64,000 nt of DNA from Eubacteriales bacterium (GCA_045602325.1 JAZSBH010000132.1:20909-84908); one strand, 5' to 3'. Counted from the first letter of the stretch, positions 8,291 through 18,248 are shown. A program made the numbers and translations. Notes: a model not told the origin generated them from the letters alone.

Positions 8291-11200
8291 TTACATCAAC
8301 GCCCGATACAGGGTGGTCAGCACATCCTTATCCTCAATAGCCGTATTCGAGATCACCACCAGGCCGCCCTCCGAGATCGTGACGGTCTTACCTGCGGCGG
8401 TGATGGCCTCCGCGGGCATGACGTAGGTGATGCCGTAGTGGTCGAAGGTATCCAGTCCCGAACAGGACACACCGATGATCTCCTCCACAAAGGCCTTGGG
8501 GAGGAAGTATTGATCTCCTCGACCCAAAAGGACAGCCTTAGTGCTGGAGGCATCCAGTCTCACCTGTTTACCGCCGGCGAAAGCGTTATAAGAGCCGGCC
8601 TTCAGTACGATCATATCCTCGGTCAGACACTCGGGGAGCTTGACCTCGGTCTGCACGGTGGTGTAGCGGTAGTTGAAGCGATCGTTGGGCGCAACGTCAC
8701 CCTGATCCAGAAACTGCATGATGTCACCGTCCGAAACCGAGTTATCCGCCCACTTGAAATCAAAGGTCTCGCGCAGATTCATGACCGAGCGGGGAACCTT
8801 GATCTGAAGAATATTGCCACGGAGATTGTATTCAGCTTCACCAATCGTTTCCATTTCCCAGATATCGTTGCCTACGAACTTCTCTACCGAGACCTTGCCG
8901 CCGCTCTGGGAGCGGTTGATAATAAAGTCGTAGCCGTACCAACCGGTTTCGCCGTTGCAGTCAGCGTCGATGAAGAGGTTCATCCAGTTGGTGCCCTCGG
9001 GAGCGGTGATGTCCTCGGCGCACTCGGCGTAGAAGTACAGATGATCCGCGTCGGAAGAAACCTTACAGGTCACAAAATCGTTGCGCCCCGACGTGTTGAC
9101 GTAGCGGAAATCGCCCACGTAGGAGAAGTGGTCACGATCCACCGTGTCTCCCTGATAGTCGCGGTACTCGGGGCCTACGATGTGCCATTGACCCACGTCA
9201 CCCTCAATGTCGATGGCCCACTGCTCAAAGGCGGCCTCCTGGGCACGGGAGCCCTTATACTGACGGATGTTCTGCACCATCTGGTAGAAGTAGTTGTCGT
9301 TGTAGCCGCCGGTCATGGGCTCGATGTCGCGGGAATACTCGGTGTTGAAGGCATCTACGTAGTACCACTGGTATTTGGGATTCTTTTCGTCTACCTTGTA
9401 TTCGCCGGCGATGGTCTGTCCTTGGGCGGGGTTGCCCGCAGAGCCGCCCCAACGGCCGGCCCACCATTCGTTCCAGCCCGTGATCATGATGAGAGGCGGG
9501 TTGACCTCCATGGCGTAATCAAAATGCTCCTGGAAGGCCAGTCCCAGTCCCGAGGTGGTATTCATGAGGGCAAAGCCGAAGTCCCAGTTACCCTCGTGGG
9601 CGGGAATGCCGTTGGCGTGGGTGTAGCTACGGCCGGCGTTGGTACCGCCGCTACCGTTGGCCCAAAAGCCGGACATGACGATCATCTGTTCCAGATCACC
9701 GCTGGGAGAAAGACCGGGCTTCTGAGGGTACATATCAGCCCATGCCCAACGACCTTTACCGCGGCGAGAGGTATACCATTCATCATTTGTAAAGGCCCAG
9801 CTTTGACGGGCGGTGAAGAAATCAGTGATCTCGGTGGGTAACGTCTTTTTCAGAGAATCGGGATAGAAGATCAGCGGCTTGCCTGCCCAGTAAAACCACA
9901 TATCGGCGTATTTGCCGGTGGAATAGTAATTGTTCCAAAGGAAGTTCAACGACGCGGCGGCCAGGGAATCGGTGTTGCCGCAGTGGAAGCAGATCTGCGG
10001 CACCTGATAGCCTTCGGCGCGCATCTCGCTCCATACGCGGAGCAGAGCTTCCAGATTGCGCTCGTAGATGATGCCGTTGGTTGCATCCACGAAGATAAAG
10101 TCCACGCCTGCCTCGGCCAGCATATAGCCGTGCTTGCGGATGACCCATTCGTCGTCGGAATTATAGTAGCCGAAGTAGGGCTCTGCCCAGTAGTGGGCAA
10201 ATCCCATGGGACCCTGGGGAATCAGATCCCAGACCGCTTTTGCGCCACCCTCCAGATAAGCGGCGGTGTGATCAAAGAGGGGATTCTGCCCCTGCTCGGA
10301 GGCGTTGTGCCACATGAAGTAGAAGATACCCACCTTCTTATCCGTGGCGGTGGCGGTATTGCTTCCCGTAGGCGTGACGCGCCCCACGTCGTCGGTGGCG
10401 ACCCAGGTGTCGGCGAATACGTCACGGGAAGTGAGCATATCCACAGGACTCGTGGTGGTGACGGTGGTAGAACCCGAGACTTTGATGTCGGTGATGGATA
10501 CGGCGTTTTTCATATGATGTGTCCAAATGCGAGAGTAACCAGTGTCATTGACGGGCTCGGACAGAGGCTCGACGATATTTGGCTTCTCGCTTCCTTCCAA
10601 ATAGAATTCCATTTTTGTATCGCTGATCTCAAGGGTGGCCAGAGGAGTTTTTGTCCCGTCCTTGTCGTAGAACATGGAGACGGTATTGGTGATAGGATCG
10701 TCCTCCACGTACACCAGCACTCCCTCAGCAAAATCCACGGGAGATTCGATCATGGTGCAATTCGGCCAGGTACCCGTACGCAGGCCGATCTTTTTGTCCT
10801 TCATCAGGATCCAGACACGGGAGGACTCGTGGTTGGGGGCTGAACCCGTATTGGACAAGCGAAGCCCGAAGTAGGCGGCATTGTAATCAGCATCGGGATC
10901 CGAGGCGGTGAGCCTGAATTGATACTTGGCGACAGCGTCCTTGTTGAACTGAACACCTATGCTCAAGGAGGCTACCGTCTTGGGAGACAGAAGAACCGTG
11001 TTCCCGTTGGATCGTCCCTCGCCGATGGTGAATACGGCACCCGATTTCTGGGCGGAAACAAACTCGTATTCCTTGGTTACGGTCTTTTCGATCAGAACGG
11101 TGTCCTGCTTTTCAAAGGTCAACTCAGTGGTGGACGTAAACGGACCCGTTTGCGGCTGCGTGCGATCCACCTCGTCTACGGGAGCCGAGGTATCCGACGA

Positions 11201-11338
11201 AGTATCCGTCGGGGCTTCCGTGGCAGAAACGGCGGGGGCTTCCGTTTCCCGCGGTTTATCACCGGTACAGGCGATACTACCCAAAAGAAGAGAAGCCGTG
11301 AGTAAGCATAGGATGCATTTTTTAAATAAGACACGCAT
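8291..11338 (-). CDS. large secreted (lipoprotein-like) glycoside-hydrolase-like protein, paralog A
   Basis: 1015 aa. The signal peptide ends in LLGSIAC and is followed by a T/S/P/E-rich linker. Central block GVDFIFVDATNG...QICFHCGN...GWNEWWAGRW; C-proximal block ETGWYGYDFIINRS. Paralog of 14629-17784. Confidence 0.6.
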   Translation of the reverse strand: MRVLFKKCILCLLTASLLLGSIACTGDKPRETEAPAVSATEAPTDTSSDTSAPVDEVDRTQPQTGPFTSTTELTFEKQDTVLIEKTVTKEYEFVSAQKSGAVFTIGEGRSNGNTVLLSPKTVASLSIGVQFNKDAVAKYQFRLTASDPDADYNAAYFGLRLSNTGSAPNHESSRVWILMKDKKIGLRTGTWPNCTMIESPVDFAEGVLVYVEDDPITNTVSMFYDKDGTKTPLATLEISDTKMEFYLEGSEKPNIVEPLSEPVNDTGYSRIWTHHMKNAVSITDIKVSGSTTVTTTSPVDMLTSRDVFADTWVATDDVGRVTPTGSNTATATDKKVGIFYFMWHNASEQGQNPLFDHTAAYLEGGAKAVWDLIPQGPMGFAHYWAEPYFGYYNSDDEWVIRKHGYMLAEAGVDFIFVDATNGIIYERNLEALLRVWSEMRAEGYQVPQICFHCGNTDSLAAASLNFLWNNYYSTGKYADMWFYWAGKPLIFYPDSLKKTLPTEITDFFTARQSWAFTNDEWYTSRRGKGRWAWADMYPQKPGLSPSGDLEQMIVMSGFWANGSGGTNAGRSYTHANGIPAHEGNWDFGFALMNTTSGLGLAFQEHFDYAMEVNPPLIMITGWNEWWAGRWGGSAGNPAQGQTIAGEYKVDEKNPKYQWYYVDAFNTEYSRDIEPMTGGYNDNYFYQMVQNIRQYKGSRAQEAAFEQWAIDIEGDVGQWHIVGPEYRDYQGDTVDRDHFSYVGDFRYVNTSGRNDFVTCKVSSDADHLYFYAECAEDITAPEGTNWMNLFIDADCNGETGWYGYDFIINRSQSGGKVSVEKFVGNDIWEMETIGEAEYNLRGNILQIKVPRSVMNLRETFDFKWADNSVSDGDIMQFLDQGDVAPNDRFNYRYTTVQTEVKLPECLTEDMIVLKAGSYNAFAGGKQVRLDASSTKAVLLGRGDQYFLPKAFVEEIIGVSCSGLDTFDHYGITYVMPAEAITAAGKTVTISEGGLVVISNTAIEDKDVLTTLYRALM

Positions 11339-11503
11339 GATCGTACCTCCCGAAACTTTCCGAAATCCAAAGCAACCCGGCTTTTCGAGCGAGGCGCAGA
11401 ACTTTATGGTAACAATATACCATAAAACACTTTGCTTGTCAATATATATTTATGGAATCTATTGACAATATTGCATAAAAAGTTTATATGCGTGACGGCT
11501 TGC

Positions 11504-11668
11504 TACCCGCTGAAAGGGCTGATTCCCGACGCAGTCTACTCGATTACCGATATCGACACCCAGGAGACGGTGGAAATTGCAGGTAAGACTCTGATCTCGG
11601 AGGGCCTCACCGTGACCATTTCCGAAAAATATCAGAGCAAGATACTGCTCTACAGAATCAAACAGTAA
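11504..11668 (+). pseudogene. C-terminal remnant resembling GH36 alpha-galactosidase
   Basis: YPLKGLIPDAVYSITDIDTQETVEIAGKTLISEGLTV resembles GH36 C-terminal ends (L-x-G-L-D-P-x-A-x-Y ... G-x-x-L-M-x-x-G-L). There is no catalytic part upstream and no RBS. Confidence 0.35.
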
Positions 11669-11674
11669 AAAAAC

Positions 11675-11717
11675 GAACCCGACCGAGCCTCTGAAAGTGG
11701 GGGTTCGGTCGGGTTTT
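11675..11717. terminator. bidirectional intrinsic terminator
   Basis: 12-bp stem (gaacccgaccga / tcggtcgggttt) flanked by an A-run and a T-run, lying between the remnant and the convergent GH43 gene. Confidence 0.7.
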
Positions 11718-11722
11718 GCGTG

Positions 11723-12613
11723 TTATTCTATCCGTTTTACGATCTCAAATCCGTCGTCGGTTTCTCTCACTGTGAACAGACGGGGACGCTCATTCGGGTT
11801 GACGTTGGTGCTGTGCAGGATGAGGTAGGTCTCGCCGTCAAAGCCGTCAAAGAGCATACCGTGTCCGCCGTCGTCGTCGTAAATGAACTTGTCCGCGTGC
11901 CGCCAGGGGCCGAGAATATTGCCGCTGTCACTGATGGCCAGAGCCTGAACGTACCAATACTGGGGGCCTGCATGGAAGCCTGACCAAAGCATATACAGCT
12001 TGCCGTTTTTGCCCTTACGGAAGAAGGGGCCGTCGGTGACGAAGTTGCGGCCATTGGGGTCTATCAAGGAGTATGCCCAATCCGCATCCCCCGCACGCAG
12101 AATGACTTGGGACTCTCCCGCAGGGGCAGACAGATCCTTCGTCAAGGGCATAGCATCAATCGTGCCGTCCCCGATCTGGCTCCACTCGTGGCAGAAGGCC
12201 GTCCAGGGGGTGCCGTCCTCGTCCACGTAGAATGTGGCGTCCAGACAGGCCCAGCCTTCGGGAGTCATGGGACCGTCGGTAAAGGGCAGAAACGGACCCA
12301 TGGGACTGTCGCTTTTCAGAATCTGGGAGCAACGGAGACGGGTCTCGCTACGAAAGCTGGCGAACATATAGTAGGTATCTCCATAGTGATACACTTCGGG
12401 AGCAAAGAAATCCCGATCCGACCAGAAGTCGGCGGGACGGGTGAAGCACTCGTGCGGCTCGCTCCACTCCAGCAGATCGGTGGAGGTATATACATCCAGT
12501 CCCTGCCAGGGTATGATCTTGGTGGTAGCTCCTCTGCGGGTGCCATAGAGGTAGTAGACCCCGTTCTCGGCCAGAATGAAGGGATCGCGAAGGTGAATAT
12601 CATGTAATTTCAT
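11723..12613 (-). CDS. glycoside hydrolase family 43 protein (arabinanase/xylosidase-like)
   Basis: 296 aa with RDPFILAENGVYYLYGT, FFAPEVYHYGDTYYMFAS and repeated beta-propeller blade motifs typical of GH43. Confidence 0.8.
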   Translation of the reverse strand: MKLHDIHLRDPFILAENGVYYLYGTRRGATTKIIPWQGLDVYTSTDLLEWSEPHECFTRPADFWSDRDFFAPEVYHYGDTYYMFASFRSETRLRCSQILKSDSPMGPFLPFTDGPMTPEGWACLDATFYVDEDGTPWTAFCHEWSQIGDGTIDAMPLTKDLSAPAGESQVILRAGDADWAYSLIDPNGRNFVTDGPFFRKGKNGKLYMLWSGFHAGPQYWYVQALAISDSGNILGPWRHADKFIYDDDGGHGMLFDGFDGETYLILHSTNVNPNERPRLFTVRETDDGFEIVKRIE

Positions 12614-12816
12614 AGCATTTTTTCTTTCATAAATTCTTCATGGAAACCATGTTGCAGTTGTTAGTATAACACAAACCAATGGATTTGTCAAGGACAACTG
12701 CATAGGATAAGTGCATGCATTCAACGTGCGTCTGCAACTGATACAACCCACCTCAATCTGTTTTCAATATCTAAGTATTGAAAGTAAATCATTTCAACAT
12801 GGATTGAAGAATCATA

Positions 12817-12845
12817 TTGATTTTTTGTATCGATTATGATATAAT
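12817..12845 (+). promoter_or_regulatory. sigma-A type promoter for the GH43/secreted-protein genes
   Basis: TTGATT - 17 nt - TATAAT, about 95 nt upstream of the GTG start at 12941. Confidence 0.6.
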
Positions 12846-12940
12846 ACAATTTGAAATTCGTGTTCTGTTTTTATTATGGACATGAAAAAAGATGTGTTAC
12901 AAATAAAGTGGTATGAAATATTTTTACCAAGGAGTTTCGC

Positions 12941-14596
12941 GTGAAAATCAGGACAATTTGTAATCCCCTCAATATCAATTACCAATACCAAGCCCCCATG
13001 CTCTCCCGCGAGTCCGCCGATCCTGCCGTGGTTCTGTATAAAGACGAATACTACCTCTTCGCCTCCCACGGCTCGGGCTACTGGGTATCCTCCGACCTGG
13101 CCAATTGGGAATTCATCGAGGTGGATCTTTCCAAACAACCTGAATTCAACCTGTTTGCTCCCGCACCGCTGGTGATCGGAGACCGTATGTATATCACCCA
13201 TTGCCAGGGCGGGAGCATCCTCTACTCTGATACCCCCCGCGACCCCGATTCCTGGGTCCTCGTTGGCCGCCCCTACTACTGGGACGACCCCGCCCTGTTC
13301 GTGGACGACGATGGCTCGGTTTACGTTTATGAGGGTCTGAGTCCCGTCAACCCTTTGCATGTGGCCAAGCTGAATCCCGATAATCTGGCCGAGGTGCTGG
13401 CGGGCCCCATCGACATTTTCCAGAGCGACCGCGACACCCGCGGCTTTGAGCGGTACGGGGATATCAACCAGTTGAATGATGGCAAGACCCACCTGGAGGG
13501 CCCGTGGATGAACAAGATCCACGGAAAATACTATCTGACCTATGCTGTTCCCGGTACCGACGCCGCCGGATACTGCGACGGCTGCGCGGTTTCGGATTCG
13601 CCTATGGGGCCATTTACTTACTGTGAGAACAGTCCCGTGGTTTATAAGGCCACCGGCTTCATGCGCGGCGCGGGACACGGATGCCTGTTCCGGGACAAGA
13701 ACGGCCATTACTGGAAGATGGACACCGTGGCGGTCAGTGTCAACCACATATTCGAGCGCCGCCTCTGCCTGTTCCCGGCAAAGGTAGGGAAGGACGGTCG
13801 CATTTACACCAACACCTATCGCGGCGACTACCCCATGATCTGCCCCCATGACACCGAGGATCCCTTCACCATGTCCGATGCAGGCTGGCATCTCCTTTCC
13901 TATGCTAAGGAAACCAAGGCGTCTTCGGCGCTGGATGCACAACACACCCCCGCCAAGGCCTTCGACGAGAACCTCCGCACCTGGTGGAGCGCCGAGACCG
14001 GGAACCCCGGCGAGTGGTTGTGGACAGACCTCGGCAAGATCTACGACGTCTGCTCGGTGCAGGTCAATTTCGCGGATCAGGAAGTCGCGCCTGTTCACGG
14101 ACGTGGAAACGGCTTTGCCTACAAGTACACCCTGGAGGCCTCCGAGGACGGTGAGAACTGGTTCATGCTGGTGGATAGACGGAACAGCACAGACGATCTG
14201 TCTCACGACTACATCCAGCTGGACAAGGTGACCAAGCTCCGCTACCTCAAGCTTACCAACCACGGTGAGACCCCCGGTAAGGGCAAATTCGCCGTCAGCG
14301 GTCTGCGTTTGTTTGGATATGGCGGCGAGGAAGCACCTGCAAAGGCTCCCGACTTCAAGGCTGTCCGCTGTGAGGATGCGCGGAACATGACCGTCACCTG
14401 GGACCCTGTGGAGGGAGCCCAAGGCTACATGATCCGCTGGGGCATTCATCCCGACGAGCTGAACACCCATTGGCAGGTGATCGGGAACACCGAGGCCACG
14501 GTTCACTGTTTGACTAAAGGCGTGACCTACTACGTGACCGTGGACGCATACAACGAAAGCGGAATATCCTTTGGCGCGGATATTCAGAAAGTATGA
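12941..14596 (+). CDS. GH43 glycoside hydrolase with C-terminal F5/8 type C (discoidin) and fibronectin type III domains
   Basis: ADPAVVLYKDEYYLFASHG and EGPWMNKIHGKYYLTYA are GH43 motifs. WWSAETGNPGEWLWTDLGKIYDVCSVQVNF is discoidin-like. The terminal ~90 aa (TVTWDPVEGAQGY...YYVTVDAYNESG) is FN3-like. GTG start after AAGGAG. Confidence 0.8.
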   Translation: MKIRTICNPLNINYQYQAPMLSRESADPAVVLYKDEYYLFASHGSGYWVSSDLANWEFIEVDLSKQPEFNLFAPAPLVIGDRMYITHCQGGSILYSDTPRDPDSWVLVGRPYYWDDPALFVDDDGSVYVYEGLSPVNPLHVAKLNPDNLAEVLAGPIDIFQSDRDTRGFERYGDINQLNDGKTHLEGPWMNKIHGKYYLTYAVPGTDAAGYCDGCAVSDSPMGPFTYCENSPVVYKATGFMRGAGHGCLFRDKNGHYWKMDTVAVSVNHIFERRLCLFPAKVGKDGRIYTNTYRGDYPMICPHDTEDPFTMSDAGWHLLSYAKETKASSALDAQHTPAKAFDENLRTWWSAETGNPGEWLWTDLGKIYDVCSVQVNFADQEVAPVHGRGNGFAYKYTLEASEDGENWFMLVDRRNSTDDLSHDYIQLDKVTKLRYLKLTNHGETPGKGKFAVSGLRLFGYGGEEAPAKAPDFKAVRCEDARNMTVTWDPVEGAQGYMIRWGIHPDELNTHWQVIGNTEATVHCLTKGVTYYVTVDAYNESGISFGADIQKV

Positions 14597-14628
14597 TCCT
14601 TACCCTTTCTTAAAAAGGAGAATTTACC

Positions 14629-17600
14629 ATGTTCAAAAAAACACTTGTCCTTCTGCTCGCACTGACCATCAGCCTCAGCGCGGTGCCCTTTGTGGCATTT
14701 GCTGATAAGAGCATCGATGACGGAGGACTGACCGTGGTTGTGGATGAGAACTTTGAGTCCTGCAGGACGGACGCCGGCATCCCCGCTACCGCTATGTCGG
14801 GCTTTTTCGCCTATGAAGCCAACGGTATCGGAGACGGCTATATCAAGGTGCAGGAGACCGCTGACGGCGGCAAGCACCTGCAATCCCACGTCTTCACCCA
14901 GATCCACAACGAGACCCCCATCGTGGGTGCATACGAGTTCTCCTTGGACGTTTTGGCGGTGGGGGGAAGCGTTCCCCAGTGCGGTGTGTTCGTCCGTGCC
15001 CTCAAGACCGCCCCTGCTTTCTATGAGGCGGACGGTCACCCCGATACCTCTACCTGTCAGTCGGGTCTTTTGCTTTATCCCCGCGCGGATCAGTTGGGTG
15101 TGAACGTTAAGACCTACGACCCGAGCTGGACCGCATGCGAAGCCTACGTCCAAAACAACACCCATATGTTCGACCTGCCTGAAGGTGCGGCTTACTCCTA
15201 CAACCTGCGGGTCACCGACACTGCCGAGGAGATCTGCATCTACGTCAACGACACCCTGATGTGCCGCATCACGGTATCCGACCCGGGCAAGACCTACGAG
15301 AAGCACGCCTCCTCCGCCGGTTGCTATGCCGCCGCCACCATGTACGACGCTAAGGGTAACGAGTTGGGGGCGTATACCGATACTTTGTTGGGTAGTGATG
15401 GTGCAATCTTTGGTTGGGCTACCCGCGCCAATGATATGGCTGTTGACGACGTCTGCGTGAGGCTGGGAAAGCCCCAGCTGGCATGGATCGCCATCAACCA
15501 GATCCCCTCTTCTATTTCTGCCGCCAATCTTGCAAAGGTCAAAGAGCTGATATCCAACGCTCGCGCCATCTACGACGGATTGTCCTCGGATGATAAAACT
15601 CTCATTTCCAACTACGACAAGCTGACTCAAGCGGAAGCCAGCATCGCAGAGGTGGAGGCCTCCCTGAACGTCAACTGGCCCGATCCCACCTACAAAGAGA
15701 TGGAGACCACCCCCGAGGATACCGCCGAGGGAACTCTCCAATACACCGTATCCGAGGACGGTGCTACCGTGACCATTTCCTACACGGTCAACGGCAATAC
15801 CATCAGTCATACGGTGCCCAACAACGATAACTACCTCTTTGGCGGCTACGGAGCTACCGATGACCTTGGGCGCTCCATGTTCGATTCGGGCGAGGTGGGC
15901 AGCTACGGAGAAGGGAAGGAGCGCTATGTCGGCCTGTTCTACTTCCTCTGTCAAGGCGAACACGGCGATAACGGTGTCTCTGACCTGCAGAAGATCCTCG
16001 ACGAATTGGGGCCTGTGGCGGCGGGGAGCGCCGATTGCGATCGGTACAACGGCTCTTGCTGGTGGGGAGAACCCCTCTACGGCTACTACTACAGCAACGA
16101 TACGTGGGTCATGCGCAAGCACGCCGAGCTTCTGACTCTGGCGAATATCGACTTTCTGTATTTCGATGTAACCAATGCTTTTACCTATACCCACAATGCC
16201 ATCGCGCTCATGAGCATCCTCCACGAGCTCAACGAGCAGGGCTTTGATGCTCCCCAGGTGGTGTTCTACACCAATGCAAATTCGGAGGGCGTGATCGACC
16301 AACTGTACCGAGACATTTACGAAGCCGGTATGTACCCCGATACTTGGTTCCGTATCAACGGCAAGCCTGTCATCATCGGTCCTACCAACTACGACGCAAA
16401 TGGCTTTTTTACGGTCAAGAAAAAGCAATGGCCCACGGATGCCGCCGTGACCAACGGTTGGCCATGGATGGATTTCAACTGGCCTCAGCGCATTTTTAAA
16501 GCAAATAACGGAGATGGCTCTGCCATCAGCGTCTCTGTCGCCCAGCACAGCGGTACCGTGGTCTTTTCGGATTCTTCCCTTTATGGCGACTTCACCAACC
16601 GCGGTCGCTCCTACAGCAATCCCAATAACGTCGGTCATCGTTGGTCCGCTATGAAGCAGGACTACCGCCAGACTCTTCGCGACTCCTATGAAGCCTGGCA
16701 GGCGGATCAGAGCCTGACCATGCAAGGCATCAATTTCCAGAAGCAGTTCGACAACGCTGTAGAGTCGGATGCCATGTACGTCCTGGTCACGGGTTGGAAC
16801 GAGTGGACCGTGGGCAACAATGCCGCCGCTCACGACTACAGAGTACCCTTCGTCTTTACCGACTGCGCCTCCATGGAGTTCTCACGCGACTGCGAGATGA
16901 TGCGGGGCGGTTACTTCGACAATTACTATATCCAGCTTGCCTACAACGTCCAAAGACTCAAGGGTACCGCCCCTGTGGTTGTCCAGGACAGCCGCAAGCC
17001 CATCAACGTCACGGGCGGATTCGACCAGTGGGAGGACGTGACCGTAACCTACAAGGATACCGAGGGGGATATTCAAGACCGCAATGCCATTGGATTTGGC
17101 CATACCAACTATGTAAACACCTCGGGTCGTAACGATATAATCACCGCCAAGGTCACCTCCGACACGAAAAATCTCTACGTCTACGTGCAGACCGCTTACA
17201 ACATCACCATGTTCGATACCGACTCCTCGTGGATGCAGATCTACATGAACATAGATCGCGAGACCACGGGCTGGTACGGCTACGATTTTATCCTGAATCA
17301 CAAGGCCAAGGACGAGTTCACCACCACCGTTGCCAAGTATAACGGCACCGACGGAGCGTATGGCTTCGAGTCCTGCGGCGAGGTCTCCTACCGTGTCAAG
17401 AATAACGAAATGATGATTGCCGTGCCTCTGGAGATGCTGGGCATTGAGGGCTACAAGGAGATCAACGTCGAGTTCAAGCTGGCCGACAGCGATACCGTTT
17501 ACGACGAGATGGAGGACTTCTACATCGACGGTGATGTTGCTCCTCTGGGACGCATGAACTACATCTATCAGAACTATATCCCCGGCGTATCCGAAATCAC

Positions 17601-17784
17601 CTACCCCGAAACCGAGACTCAGAAGCCCGAGGCGCCCGAAGAGTCCACCGAGGCTCCCGTCGAGAGCGAAACCGAGGAGGGAAGCAAGAAGGGCTGTGGC
17701 TCGGTTCTGAACGTAGGGATGGCTGTGGTGATCCTTCCCATGGCTGTCGTTCTGCTGACTCGCAAGCGTAAGGAACGGAATTGA
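14629..17784 (+). CDS. large secreted glycoside-hydrolase-like protein, paralog B, with a C-terminal hydrophobic anchor
   Basis: 1051 aa with a Sec signal (…VAFA-DK). Central block IDFLYFDVTNA...QVVFYTNAN...GWNEWTVGNN; C-proximal TTGWYGYDFILNHK. It ends in an acidic linker, a hydrophobic helix and RKRKERN. Confidence 0.6.
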   Translation: MFKKTLVLLLALTISLSAVPFVAFADKSIDDGGLTVVVDENFESCRTDAGIPATAMSGFFAYEANGIGDGYIKVQETADGGKHLQSHVFTQIHNETPIVGAYEFSLDVLAVGGSVPQCGVFVRALKTAPAFYEADGHPDTSTCQSGLLLYPRADQLGVNVKTYDPSWTACEAYVQNNTHMFDLPEGAAYSYNLRVTDTAEEICIYVNDTLMCRITVSDPGKTYEKHASSAGCYAAATMYDAKGNELGAYTDTLLGSDGAIFGWATRANDMAVDDVCVRLGKPQLAWIAINQIPSSISAANLAKVKELISNARAIYDGLSSDDKTLISNYDKLTQAEASIAEVEASLNVNWPDPTYKEMETTPEDTAEGTLQYTVSEDGATVTISYTVNGNTISHTVPNNDNYLFGGYGATDDLGRSMFDSGEVGSYGEGKERYVGLFYFLCQGEHGDNGVSDLQKILDELGPVAAGSADCDRYNGSCWWGEPLYGYYYSNDTWVMRKHAELLTLANIDFLYFDVTNAFTYTHNAIALMSILHELNEQGFDAPQVVFYTNANSEGVIDQLYRDIYEAGMYPDTWFRINGKPVIIGPTNYDANGFFTVKKKQWPTDAAVTNGWPWMDFNWPQRIFKANNGDGSAISVSVAQHSGTVVFSDSSLYGDFTNRGRSYSNPNNVGHRWSAMKQDYRQTLRDSYEAWQADQSLTMQGINFQKQFDNAVESDAMYVLVTGWNEWTVGNNAAAHDYRVPFVFTDCASMEFSRDCEMMRGGYFDNYYIQLAYNVQRLKGTAPVVVQDSRKPINVTGGFDQWEDVTVTYKDTEGDIQDRNAIGFGHTNYVNTSGRNDIITAKVTSDTKNLYVYVQTAYNITMFDTDSSWMQIYMNIDRETTGWYGYDFILNHKAKDEFTTTVAKYNGTDGAYGFESCGEVSYRVKNNEMMIAVPLEMLGIEGYKEINVEFKLADSDTVYDEMEDFYIDGDVAPLGRMNYIYQNYIPGVSEITYPETETQKPEAPEESTEAPVESETEEGSKKGCGSVLNVGMAVVILPMAVVLLTRKRKERN

Positions 17785-18022
17785 ATGACGGAAGCTCGTG
17801 ATGCGAGGTTCCGTACCCAGGACAGCAACCTGGCCTCCCTCATCCTGGGTCAGAAAGGCATCTGGGGCGACCTGACCGCCATTTCCCCTTTTTATAAAAT
17901 AGGGCGGTAACCACTATTCCCGAAAAGGAGCCCGAGGTTTCTGAGACCCGGAGGCCCGAGATGTCCAAAGCGTCTGACGATGCTCCTGCCCCGAACTAAA
18001 TATATGGTTTCGAAAAGGAAAC

Positions 18023-18062
18023 GGCGCGCAACTCATTTTGAGCTGCGCGCCTACTTATTTTT
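18023..18062 (+). terminator. intrinsic terminator closing the glycan cluster
   Basis: GC-rich 12-bp stem (ggcgcgcaactc / gagctgcgcgcc, one mismatch) followed by a T-rich run. Confidence 0.7.
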
Positions 18063-18188
18063 GAAAGAAAAATACCTGCATATGCCGAGGTGTTCGACAT
18101 ATGCAGGTAATGGTGAGCCAACTTCAAACTAAATCGAATTCAATATTATGCAAAAAAGGACGCTCGAATCCCCGCAATTTCAAATTGC

Positions 18189-18217
18189 TTGACTATTTCA
18201 TTCTAACATGTTATAAT
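18189..18217 (+). promoter_or_regulatory. sigma-A type promoter of the XRE/zinc-ribbon gene
   Basis: TTGACT - 17 nt - TATAAT. Its -10 box overlaps the ORF-track start 18216, which argues for the downstream ATG 18249. Confidence 0.65.
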
Positions 18218-18248
18218 GAGCGCAAATCTATTCAAGGAGGAATCTGAT

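Noticed and set aside
8225-9841. 538-aa plus-strand ORF overlapping the large secreted protein gene
   Set aside because: It lies antisense to a gene with a signal peptide, a paralog and conserved blocks. Its translation is Gly/Val/His-rich and motif-free.
12812-16833. Minus-strand ORFs 12812-14506 (564 aa) and 14584-16833 (749 aa)
   Set aside because: They lie antisense to the GH43/discoidin gene and to paralog B. They show the same shadow-ORF composition, and 12812-14506 would run through the mapped promoter.
17786-17990. Small ORFs after paralog B (MTEARDARFRTQDSNLASLILGQKGIWGDLTA... and MSKASDDAPAPN)
   Set aside because: No RBS and no recognisable family. They are probably untranslated 3' region or debris of the insertion boundary.
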